From: Hamiltosporidium tvaerminnensis FI-OER-3-3 | Lineage: Eukaryota > Fungi > Microsporidia | Direction: 5' to 3' | DNA length: 64,000 bases | Assembly: GCA_022605425.2 (NCBI GenBank) | Contig: CM061247.1 | Span: 1,240,001 to 1,304,000 of the forward strand | In this document: one piece after another, positions 52,401 to 64,000 of the stretch | How positions within the stretch are numbered: position 1 is the stretch's first letter | Layout of the letters: each line of letters begins with the position of its first letter | Notes under the pieces: model-generated | The model's database searches: none | What the model was told of the DNA's origin: nothing | Seen by the model: only the letters and a program-made list of their open reading frames with translations | Position numbers and translations under genes: made by a program

Positions 52401-53624
52401 TATACAATTCCCAGAATTGGAAATAAAAATATTATAAACCATTATCTGATCTCTTCCTATTAATTTCCAATTTTTTTATTCAAATTTTTATCAGGTTTTT
52501 CTGGTGCTTATTGTTTCAAAGCTGTAACCAAATATAAAATATATAAAAATTAGGTCATTTAACCGCAAAATATTAAGAAAATTATTTCATAAGCTTGAAT
52601 ATATAAGGTGTTATAGTTATCGAAAAAAATATATGTATACTTCAAAAATTTGTTTTAACACAAATACTCTATGATTCATATAAATCCGAAGCTATTTTAC
52701 ATATATTCGAAGATTATGGCTAAAATTAATATTGTGAGAAAAAAATACAGATTTAATCTATCTTTAAATTTACACTTATTTTAAAATATTTTCACATATT
52801 CATCTGAGATCATATCGAAAATCAAAAAAAATCTTTAATTTTACAAAAGTATTTTTAATGAACTCATAGTCATATCATATAAAATTTTTAGATAAAATAA
52901 GCGCTAAATTTTTTTACAAATCTATTTTTATCGTTGAAAATTGTAGTTCGAATTATTTATAAACTTATTGCATTTGATTAAAATTTAAATATGAAACAAT
53001 TTAAATAACTATTTTTCTTGTACAATTTTAGATCTATATCTGTAAAAGTAAAATTTTGTTGTTACATTACAATTCACGAGTTTTAGTTTTAAATTTCATT
53101 TTCTTTTCATAATATAATGCAATAAAAGTTTAATACAATTATTTTTCTGCCACTTTATAAACGATTCGAGTTTTTCATGTTCTATAGCTGGATGAAGGAA
53201 AAAAACGAAACTATAAGAAATTTCATTCTATCAAACAAATCGGCAAAAATAATACAATACATGAAGTCATTGAATTATAAGCATAAAAAATACAGAGAAG
53301 ATTCTAATAATATGAAAATATTGCCTAATATAGGTTATCTATAACAATACGTACAAATAATTACATCCTTTCTAAAATTCCCAGATTAAATTAAACAAAA
53401 GATTTTAAAACAAACAAAAAGAAATTTAAATCAAATTCAATACAAAATAAAGAAAAATTCTAAATTATTTTTTGAAATCATATTTTAGTATAAAACGAAC
53501 CTATGAAGATTATTTTCAATATATTTATGAACCATAAAAATTATCACTGTATAATATTTATAGTATAAAATATTTTTTGTATGAAATTTATTTAAATTCT
53601 AATATTTTTTATTTAAAAAATCAG

Positions 53625-54343
53625 TGGTGGAGGGAGGATAACCACATAAAAAACTTTCTGCTTGGCAATGAGTGTGTGAAACTGGTGTGAGATCATTGTT
53701 TGGATTTTTGGTGGGAATACAACCCCACTAATTTCGGTTGTTCCATGGGAGTTGTTTGGGGGAGGTCTAGAAATGGGAAACTTTTTCTACGAATTTATTT
53801 GTAGTTTTTTATGTAACCAGATTGCAGACCGCAGCTGAACATGTAGGTAATTGCCATGTAAAAGCATGGAAACCTAGCCTTGCTCACTCGGGTTAGAAGA
53901 CTTAGCGCCTGGGAGATATAAAAATAAAAACCATTAAAAGCCGGGAGAGCTAAGTAGCAGGTTATACCTGTTGGTATGACATTGCACTGTCTAGGTGGAC
54001 CCCATGTAAATCTCTGAAATATATCTTAGCTAGAAGTTTATTGGGTTCAGAAAGTGTAGAGTAAGTGGGAATGCTGCATAGTCTTGGGGGAGCCCAGGGG
54101 GGGCTTCGGCCTTCGATCACACTCCATGCAACGGACATTAACGAACTCCGGGCAACTGCCTCGCCTATTAATTAGGTTCTACACACCTGGTAGATGAAAG
54201 GCTTTGGGACGTAGGTATCGCAGGGGTTACCGATGGAGTGTTGGGGTAGCAGTCATTTATGTTAAACCTAGAACTGCGTTTATGTCATAAAAACAAATAT
54301 AACACTTGCCACTATTTTAAAAAGATTGATACTTTTACATAAA
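53625..54343 (+). mobile_element. ~715-nt element, copy B
   Basis: Full length; 14-bp TSD ATTTAAAAAATCAG 53611-53624 / 54344-54357. Confidence 0.95.
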
Positions 54344-54406
54344 ATTTAAAAAATCAGAGCAATAACATATTATTGCTTAATTTAATTGTAAAAATATTAA
54401 AAGAAA

Positions 54407-57400
54407 CTAAAAAAATGGGTAGAAAGAAAAATGTTAGCAGCGAAATATCGAATAATACCAAAATAAAAGCTGCAAAGACGCTGATGAGGTGAAGAAGATT
54501 GATAGTAAGGTACAAAAATGTAAGCTACACCCACCGGCGATTTCCCTACTTTCCTCCTCCTACACAACAATAACACCTCCACCACCAAGCCAAACATGCA
54601 GTAAAATGCAAAATAGTGGGCTTGACACGTTACATTCGCCTAATACACCAGTTCCCTCTTCGGTTGAAGTCTCTGCGGGCGAGCCATCGTACGACATGAC
54701 AAGCCCCTGTACTCTAGCTATTCCGGAAGGTAACAGGCTAATGGCATTGCGGACGATATTCGATTCCGTAACAGCCGACTCGAAGGAATGGCCTCGAATT
54801 GTTTTTTTTGCAGTACAGACAAGGTTTGAAAGAATGCCAAGAAATGGCTGGACAGAGCTTCACAGGTACTATAATGAGAAATTCGGCTGCACTGAAACTC
54901 TCGAAGTGTTAAAAAAATTGGCACAAAGTGAGATGGGAAAGGAAGTAAAATCAGAAGAGAATGGATAGCGACGTAGAATCGCCACTTGTCTCGCTGATAC
55001 ATGCACTTTGACCGACACCACGGAGTACATAAACCTAAGAGATAAATTCTTGAGTAAAATCAAAGAAATCTCGGAGAACGAAATTGGAAAAGTGGTGGTC
55101 CGAACTAGAAAACATCCAAATGAATTGGTTGATAGTAAAGTTCTGGATCTCATTAATCGAGTAGTCGGTGAATATGCAGGAGCTCATGTACCTGAGTCAA
55201 TTACGGAAGCCGCGTATATCATGCAAGCTGCGCAGGTATGCTATGACGAGGCAACACGTAAAGAGAAGCCTAGATCCGCTTGGAAGGAAAACATAGAAAG
55301 TAAAATTTCTAAGTTGGTACTTTCCAAAGATCTTCTCGAGAAGGCTCGTAAGCAGGAAAAGCTCTCCACTTCGGAAACGAAGAGCCTTAAGAAAATCATG
55401 CGAGAGTTAGATTCAAACTTAAGCAGTGTAACTGATCTTTCTGAGGCTTTAGTTAAGAAGAATGAGTCTTTGAATGTGTACGAGAAAAAAATTACGATGC
55501 AGTAAAGTAGGAAGCAATTCCGAAAAGAGAATCGTATGTTTGAACTTTTCCGGGGTTGATTTTATCGTGGGTTATCTGAGCGTGTGGAATTCGAGCATGT
55601 GGTTAGTCGTGATGAAATCGTGAGTTTTTGGTCTATTTGTGGAACAAAAATGATGACACAGTCACGTATGATGATTATTTAATTCCATTCGTATCAGATA
55701 ATCATCCGACTACGTTTCCTTCACTTGATGAATTTGTAAATATCATTAATTGGCTCCCTAATTAAAAGCTGCTGGAATTGAAGGTATTTACAATTTTTTC
55801 ATTAAGAAACTTACAAATCTTCACAAATATCTTTATGATATTGTGAAAGTTTTATGTTTAGAAGGAAAAACTCAAGCTGATTGGTTTTACTGCGGGCTTA
55901 CGTATTTGATACCGAAAGGAATTCCACGAAGAGGCTCTGACTACAGGCCAATCACTTGTATGTCCAACCTCTATAAGTTAACGACAAAGTGTGTAACGTA
56001 AGTCGTTTAAATTGAAGTGGAAAGGCGAGGGTTACTTGCAGAGAACCAATTAGGGGCGGTAAGAGGTGTGCAGGGAGCGAAAGAGCAGGCTCTACTGAAT
56101 ATTGCCTTAAATAAAGAGTGTGGAAATAATCTAAAGGCAACATGGATTGATGTTAAAAAAGCTTATGATTCAATAGAACATGCTTATTTAACTCAATGCA
56201 TTGAAAACCTTAATTTACCTGATTGGATCCTGAAATTTATCAAGGTAATTATATCAAAATGGAAAATTGAAATATCGGTAGGGCTTGAAAAAATCATGAG
56301 CAAGAAGATTGAGAGAGGGATTCTACAAGGAGATAGTTTGTCACCATTGTTCTTTGTGTTGTGTATGGATCCATTAAGCCGAAAGCTTAATGAAAAATAC
56401 ACAAAAGTGACAGTACAAACAGATGCAGAATCCATTTTTACTAATCATCTCTTGTTTATTGATGATCTTAAGCTCCTTGCAAAAGACAGCTCCACATTGA
56501 GTGCTATGACAGACGAGGCAAAGTAATTTTCAGCGGTGATTAGGTTAGAGATTAACAAAGAGAAGTCAGCCACAAATGATAAGTGTTGTGAAGATACTGC
56601 TACTTTTCTAGAAGGTGTTAGTGTTTACAAATATTTAGGAATGATAGAAGATAGCAAAGGAATTCCAAAACTTAGCTCATTTGAAGAAGTACAGAGCAAA
56701 CTGATAGCAAGAGTTGAAAGACTTTGTCACACTAGATTAAATGCAAAAAATTTATTTTCTGCAATCAATCAACATGCGATATCGTTAATAAACTACCACA
56801 TAGTAGTACTTCGACTTGAACCGGCTGACTTCTCTAAGTTAGATGATGCAGTGCGTGCGGTGTTGGTAAAAAAATCAGATACATCTTCGCCAAGGATGTA
56901 AACAGTGTTTCTACCTTCCTATAACAGAACTTAGAAAATGCTTGCACCGTGTTGAGTTGCGAAGCGACCATATGCTTCTGTAACTCTTTGATTGTCTGGA
57001 AAAAAGTAAAGAAATATCGATAGAAGAGAGCAATTCTCAAGGACGAGAATAATAATAAAACCCATCTTGCACTAATAAAAGGCTTCTTAAAAGTAAAGTA
57101 AAGGTTAGTAGAAGAAGTCACTAAGAAAAGTTTAGAAGAAGCTCAACTTGCAAAACTATATAACGAAATAGAAAAACGAAAACTCCATTCAAAGTTATAT
57201 AATGCAAGAAAAAATGAGCTTGTGAGTGTTAGTGACTCTTCAAGATGGTTAAAGAGAATAAATATTAGGCCACGAAATGAAGCTGTGTTCTGCTATATCC
57301 AGGATAGAAATGTATTCTGGGGAGCAGATGGTATGTGTCAACATTACGGGAAGTCTGGTAAGACTGTGGATCATCTAGCAACTAGATGTGAAAAAATGCT

Positions 57401-58214
57401 AGGCCATGATTACATTAGACGGCATAATGAAGTGGTTAGATGCCCACACCTACTTCTCTCAAATAGATATAAGTTTAAGTCTTCAAAACGAATAAGGAGC
57501 CACTCAGTTCAAGAAATTCTTGATAATGAGTATGCAGAGATAAGAGTGGACACCAGAATAAAAACTGATGTTTAAATTCGGAATAACAGACCCGACATAT
57601 TTATTTTAGATAAGAAGAAGAATAAGATAACACTCATTGAAGTAGGAATCACTTCCCAAGATTCACTTCAAATAGTTGAAACTGAAAAACTTAGGAAGTA
57701 TGACCTGCTAGCCAATGAGTTAGGTCTTATTTATAACTGTAGTTTTGAGATAATCCCTTATGTGATGACCTGGGACGGTATTGTGACAAAATACCATAAA
57801 TCTCATCTTAAAAGACTAGAAATACCCATGAATGTAGAAGCATACATTCAGTCTATAGTACTTAAAAAGACAGTCGAAACTATTTCCTTTGATCGACGAA
57901 GAGGACTTGAGTCAGGACTAAATGCCGAAGAGAGCTGGGAGAGAGCGTCAATGGGTGTTATTATGAGATCAGAGATGCATGAGGAACCAATACCCCCTTT
58001 AAAAGAAGCGAAAACAGAGGAAGATGGTGCCAAAAATTTTAAACCAAAATATAAAGCCCCCTTTATTTTACAAGGAGGAACCACTTTAGAGGAACCGACC
58101 AATAACATAAATGAAGAGTCGGATTTGGAAGAAGAGACAAAAGTGGTTAAAGAGGTAGAAGAAAACATGTAAAAATGGTAAAAAATATTTTAACCCAGAA
58201 TTTTATTAAATAAA
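54407..58214 (+). mobile_element. R4-clade-like LINE copy B, inactivated; ORF 54415-58172
   Basis: Highly similar to copy A; same RT/CCHC/RHN/RLE motifs; stops and frameshifts. Confidence 0.95.
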
Positions 58215-58541
58215 TATTAGAATTTATAAGAAGATAAACTTTATTTAATTAAAATCTCAAAATAAAAAATTTTTTAAGGGAAAAAAAAAAAAATTAAAAC
58301 TTTTTTTTTTTTTTTTTTTTTTTTATAAAAAAAATTTTTATTTTTTTTTTTTAAAATAAGATTAAAAAAAATTCTTTAAATATAAATAAAAAAAAAAAAA
58401 AAAATTAATATTTAATTTATAAAAACCATTTTAATTTTAATATCTAATTTATAAAAATTATTCCTAATGCTTCTCTAACCCTGTCCTTTATATACCTACC
58501 TTATAACACCTCCTTCCTATATTATATCTAACACACTATCA

Positions 58542-61500
58542 CTACAAATATTTACCTTGAAATTCTCCTCCTTGAATAACCATCCGTTGTATCTCTCCTT
58601 TCTTCATAGCTCTTTCCATAATTCTTTCCTCTATCGTACCTTCAGTTATAAGCCTATAAACAGTAACATCTTTAGTCTGTCCTAACCTATGTGCTCTATC
58701 CATAGCTTGTTGGTCAACAGTAGGATTCCAATCACTATCATAAAATATGACAGTATCAGCGGCTGTCAAATTAATACCTAGGCCACCTGCACGTGTACTC
58801 AACAAAAATATAAAAATATCTTTACTCTGCCATTCTCTTACCATATCACGTCTGTCACGTATCTTACAACTACCATCTAATCTTAAATATGTGTAACCTT
58901 TCTTTATAAGGTATTCTTCCATTAAATCTATCATTTTTGTCATTTGAAAGTATAATAACACCCTATGACCTTCACCCTTTAATTTACTTAACATACCATC
59001 TAACACCCATAATTTACCACTGTCCGAAATAAAGGTATCAAGCTTAGGAACAGTAACATACTCCTTATAAAGAGAGGGTGTTAAGGATGAAGAGGGGGTG
59101 TTATTATAAGGGGTGTTGTATAAAGGGGTGTTAGGGTATAGTATGTTATCTAAGAGGGTGTTAGTATAAGTATTGTTATTTAAAGGGGTGTTATTAAACA
59201 GTATCTCATCTAACAGGGTGTTATTATAACTATTGTTGTTTAACACCCCTTTACATTTACTTATACTGCTAAGTAGGTCTTTTTCCTTATAGCTGTTTAC
59301 AGTGTTAAAATTACTAGTAATATTACTGTTAAATACTTTAGGAAATATAAAGTTATAGTCTTTATATTTACTTTTATATAAATCCTTTGTTGTTTTCATA
59401 GGCCATCTAATATCAAAATACCCTTTATTCTTACAAAAATACTTTAAATCTTCTTCCTTGTTAATTATAGAAGATTTAACCCTTTTAACACTAGTAGGGT
59501 TATCTAGTAGAGTATAAGGGGTGTTATTATTAAGACTTGTATTAGAGGTGTTATTCTTGAGGCATGCATTAGGGGTGTTATCTATAAGCCTTGTATTGGG
59601 GGTGTTATTATGCGTTGTACTAGGGGTGTTATTATTAAGATTTGTATTAGGGGTGTTATTAAGCCTTAAATAAGATGTGTTATCCATATAGACTAATATC
59701 AGAGGTGTTATTATTATGACTTGTATTAGGGGTGTTATCCATATGACTTGTATCAGAGGTGTTATCCATATAACTAATACTAAAAGTCTTATTCTCTTGT
59801 GAATAACACCCCCTTCTTTTCTCTTCAACAAATTCTCTTACAATTCTAGGAAGACACATTTCAATTCTACTAACACCTTTATCTACATACGGTCTTCCTA
59901 TAAAATAACACTTATTAAAATTAAAACCACTTTTTACTTCGGGTTTTTCAAATAAATTAGGATGGTTGCACACTTTTCTTAATTGCATAGCCATATTCAT
60001 TAGACAGTCCAAATCCTTGTTATCGTATTCTGTATTCAAACCAAATAAAGACACATCTAAGTTAGAAGTAACAGGGTGTAAAGTATTAGTACTGTTATTA
60101 ACACCCTCTTGTTCATAAGTACTGTTGTTAACACCCTTTATACCACTGTCCTTGACACCAACACCCTTTATACTATCTAATTTACTATCCTTATCATTAA
60201 CACCCCCTTCCACACCCCCTAAATCCCCCACATTATCTTCTGTGTTAAATCTACCTTCTAACACCCCTTTACTATACACCTTACTTAACACCCCTTTACT
60301 CTTAAAGCTATCTTCAATACCGTAATAAAGCATTCTTTGTCGGTACGAAAGCCGACAAAAAACATCTTTTTCAGTTTTAATACCCAACTCATCTTTTACA
60401 TCCTTTTTTTCTCTTCTAAGCATAAAAGGTTGTAAAATTAAATGTAATCGCTGTAAATGTGCCTTAGAAACAACTTTCTTAGATTCTGCACTGCTTTCTA
60501 TTTCTTTAGAAAACCAATCATTAAACTCATCATGAGAATCAAACAAAGTAGGCATTATAAAATGTAGAAGAGCCCATAATTCTTGCATAGAGTTTTGTAT
60601 AGGTGTACCTGTAAGTAGAAGTCTGTTTCTACATTTTATATTTAATAATACTTTCCATCTTAAACTTGTACTACTCTTTATTGCTTGTGCTTCGTCTAAT
60701 ATCATGTAATTCCATTTTACTTTGTTAAAATATTTTTCATCTGTCACTATTATTTGGTAACTTGTAACAACACAGTTAAAGGTATTTGTATGAAGATTAC
60801 TATTAGTGTTACTAAGAGGGTGATAAGTATTACTACTGTTATTAAAGGGGTGTTGTTTATCAGTACTCTTACTAAGAGGGTGATAAGTATTACTACTGTC
60901 ATTAACGGGGTGTTGTTTATCTGCACTGTTACTAAGAGGGTGTTGTTCATTAGTACTATTATTAACACCCTTACTACCCTTACTACCCTTATTATTCTTA
61001 TTACTGTTACTAACACCCTCACCACTCTTAATATTATTAACACCTCCTGCTGTTATTCCAATACCACTTTTATACCAATTTTTTCGTAGGGCTTTTCTTT
61101 CTAAAATAGAACCCCAATACGGTACAATTTTAAATGACGGTAAAAACTTTTCAAATTCCTGAAGCCAATTATGGAGGGTGGAAGCTGGTGTGACTATAAG
61201 AAAAGGACCTGTAATATTTTCTGTTTCGTATAAATATGCAAGAAAAGAAATTGCTTGTACTGTTTTGCCAAGTCCCATGTCATCAGCGAGTATACCGTTA
61301 ATTCCTTGGTCATATAAATTTGCTAACCAGTTTAATCCTTTTAATTGGTAATCTTTTAGTTTACATGTTAATATGTTTGGCTGTTGTAAAGATGTGTAAA
61401 GGGATTTTTTTGAGGTGCTGCTGTATTCTTGTGTTCTGGCTATTTCTTTGTCTGCTAATGATTTTGTATCAATAACGGGTATGTCAGTTGGTGTGTTGTT

Positions 61501-62376
61501 AAAGGGGTGTTGTTCAATAGTAGTGGTAATACCATTGGTACTAAGAGGGTGTTGCTTATCAGTACTGTTAATAAAGGGGTGTTGTTCATTAATACTGTTA
61601 ATAAAGGGGTGTTGTTCATTAGTAGTCTCATTAAAACCCTGTTGTTCATTAGTACTGTTACTAAGAGGGTCTTGTTTATCAGTACTGTTGTTAACACCCT
61701 CCAATCTATCCTTACTATCACTAACACCCCCCTCTTTACTATCCTTTTCATATACAAATCCTTCTTTCTTTTTATGCATAATAAAATGTGAAAACAATTC
61801 TGTTTGTGTTAATAAGAAGTTGAGTTTGCGTGACTGTCTTTCACTTTCTTTCTGTTCAAAATCCTTTTTCTTTTTTTCGATTTGTTCTTTTTCAATTTTC
61901 TTTTTAGAATCTTTTTCTGTTTTGTCTGTTTTACGGTGGTAAAGAGAAATTTCTTTGGTAAGTTTTTTGCCTTTGAGAAGAGGATTGACACGAGAAGTAC
62001 GAGAAAAAGCACGTTTGGCTTCTCTGACACATAAACCAGATATTTTCCGATAAAAAGATAAAGTACTGCTATGTAATAAAAGTATGGCTTTTTGTGTTTT
62101 AAGGATGTGTGATTTTATAAGAATTGAATAGTTAACACTGAGTGCTGTTCGTATGTTGGTTGTGTTTTCTGCTAATTTTATTTCTGTTTTTATTTCTTTT
62201 AGAATTGTGCTTATCGTGTGGGAAGAAGATTTGTGTGGTGGGTGGTTGTTTGTATGTGTGGTGTCACAAAGAAGTGTGGCTAGTGTGGGTTGGTTTATGG
62301 TGGATAGCTCTGTTGGTGTAGGGAATGGTGTATTATGCTCTTCGAAGAGTTTCTTTAGAAGAGTAAGATGTTTCAT
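58542..62376 (-). CDS. INO80: INO80 chromatin-remodelling ATPase (~1277 aa) with 1-nt frameshift near 59690 and large repeat inserts
   Basis: DBINO motif [19 protein letters not shown]; Snf2 motifs [35 protein letters not shown]; helicase-C [24 protein letters not shown]; CCC upstream of ATG. Confidence 0.93.
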
Positions 62377-62666
62377 TAATGGGTTTTAGTTTTTGTTTTT
62401 TTTTAAATTTAGATGGCTGTTTTAGAAAGGAGGGTGATTGTAGAGTGTCTGGTTTGATTTTAAATGAACATGATAAAGGGTTTATAGAAGATACGAAGAA
62501 TGGTTGAAAATAAAATTAAATAAAAAATTATTTATTTAGGGGGTAATGTGGAGAAAGGGTGCATTAAATAGGAAGAAGGAATCTGTGATATAATAAATTA
62601 TCCTGTTAAATGGTATAATAGATAAGAAAATGTGTAATGGATAGGAAGAAGGAATAAATTTATATA

Positions 62667-62849
62667 AGGTTCTTTCTGTTGATAGGTTTATGGAAGTGAG
62701 AGAGTAGAGTATATATTTAAAGTTAAAGAATAAGCAATTAACCATTTTCAGGTTCTTTCTGTTGATAGGTTTATGGAAGTGAGAGAGTAGAGTATATATT
62801 TAAAGTTAAAGAATAAGCAATTAACCTGTATCAGGTTCTTTCTGTTGAT
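62667..62849. repeat. 83-bp tandem duplication (~2.2 copies) upstream of INO80
   Basis: AGGTTCTTTCTGTTGAT starts at 62667, 62750 and 62833. Confidence 0.93.
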
Positions 62850-63139
62850 TAAAGGATGAAAAAAGTAAAAGCAGAAGAATATAATATTTAAAGTTAAAGA
62901 AGAAGGAAAGGAATTGATTTATATGAGGAAAAGAAGGATTAATGAAGAATTTGTTTAAAAATGAATTTATTGAATGGGTTTTAATTTAGACATGGCAATT
63001 TAATATCAATTGCATGTTTTTTTGAAGGAAGGAAAAAAATGTAAATCAATTAATATTTACAACGGTAAATACGCAGAATTAAAGAGAAGAAACTTGGTTT
63101 GGAAATGAAATTTTTCATCTGTATATCACATATATTATT

Positions 63140-63874
63140 TTTTCATTATTTCAAAGTATCATCTTTTAAAAACAGTGGCAAGTTTTATATTTGTTTTCAT
63201 GACATTAACGCGGTTCTAGGTTTCAGATAAATAACTGCTACCCCATCACTCCATCGGTAACCCCTGCGATACCTACGTCCCAAAGCCTTTCATCTACCAG
63301 GTGTTTAGAACCTAATTAATAGGCGAGGTAGTTGCCTGGAGTTCGTTAATGTCCGTTGCATGAAGTGTGATCGAAGGCCGAAGCCCTTTTGGGCTCCCCC
63401 CCCCCAAGACTATGCAGCATTTCCACTTACTCTACACTTTCTGAACCCAATAAACTTCTAGCTAAGATTTATTTCTGAGATTTACATGGGGTCCACCTAG
63501 ACAGTGCAATGTCATACCAATAGATATAACCTGCTACTTAGCCTTCCTGGCTTTTAATGGTTTTAATTTTTATATCTCCCAGGCGCTAAGTCTTTTTATC
63601 CGAGTAAGGCATGGCTAGGTTTCCATACTTTTACATGAAGATTGCCTATAAGTTCGGCCGCGGTCTACAATCTAGTTACACAAAAAACTACAAATAAATT
63701 CGCAGAAAAAGTTTCGCCATTTCGTAGACCTCTCCTCCTCGTAACAACTCGCATGGAACACCCGAAGATGTAGTGGGTTTTATTCCCACCAAAAATCCAA
63801 ACAATGATCTCACACCAATTTCATACACTCATCGCCAAGCAGAAAGTTTTTTATGTGGTTATCCTCCCTCCACC
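63140..63874 (-). mobile_element. ~715-nt element, copy F
   Basis: Full length; TSD TCA(C/A)ATATATTATT 63126-63139 / 63875-63888. Confidence 0.92.
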
Positions 63875-64000
63875 TCAAATATATTATTATAAGTAATAAT
63901 ATATTTTATGGGAAACATTTAAGTTTGTATTTTTGAGAATTTGAAATTCGGATTTTCTTTATATTTTTTAGGTGTACTATATGATTAATCAATCTAGAAG

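Noticed and set aside
44830-53600. Genes in the long AT-rich interval (also 0.1-1.1, 10.9-12.2 and 18.3-20.6 kb)
   Set aside because: Patches look like decayed coding DNA, but no frame or motif is strong enough to name
58255-58410. Long poly-A/poly-T block as a LINE tail or functional element
   Set aside because: Lies beyond the LINE end and flank match; looks like low-quality homopolymer consensus
59680-59700. Programmed frameshift or pseudogenisation of INO80
   Set aside because: Single extra base inside a tandem repeat with no slippery heptamer; both halves are otherwise intact; most likely a consensus error

Overview
Very AT-rich, gene-sparse eukaryotic DNA. It is most consistent with a large-genome microsporidian; a Hamiltosporidium-like species is an inference. 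Supporting signs are 25-27 nt GTAAGT..AG introns, CCC/GGG motifs just before ATGs, a divergent LRR-like family and GVNN/NNTP inserts in conserved proteins. Genes: an LRR-like 810-aa ORF, SRP19/Sec65, a two-intron multipass membrane protein, a TBC-like/coiled-coil protein, a secreted repeat/coiled-coil protein (1-nt frameshift), a class II DnaJ and INO80 (1-nt frameshift). Retroelements dominate the rest. There are two near-full-length dead R4-clade-like (RT + restriction-like endonuclease) LINEs and five LINE fragments. Three non-autonomous families are recognisable by target-site duplications (TSDs): (1) a ~715-nt structured non-coding element in 7 full-length copies, three sitting directly upstream of LINE copies, in one case with a triplicated target site; (2) a 222-bp tRNA-headed SINE carrying a (CCTAA)n-type motif; (3) a 225-bp RTE-derived bipartite element in 2 copies. 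The two long LINEs appear to have reciprocally swapped TSDs. A 35-bp palindromic mini-repeat has expanded in-frame inside INO80. No database searches were possible; family names rest on motif recognition.
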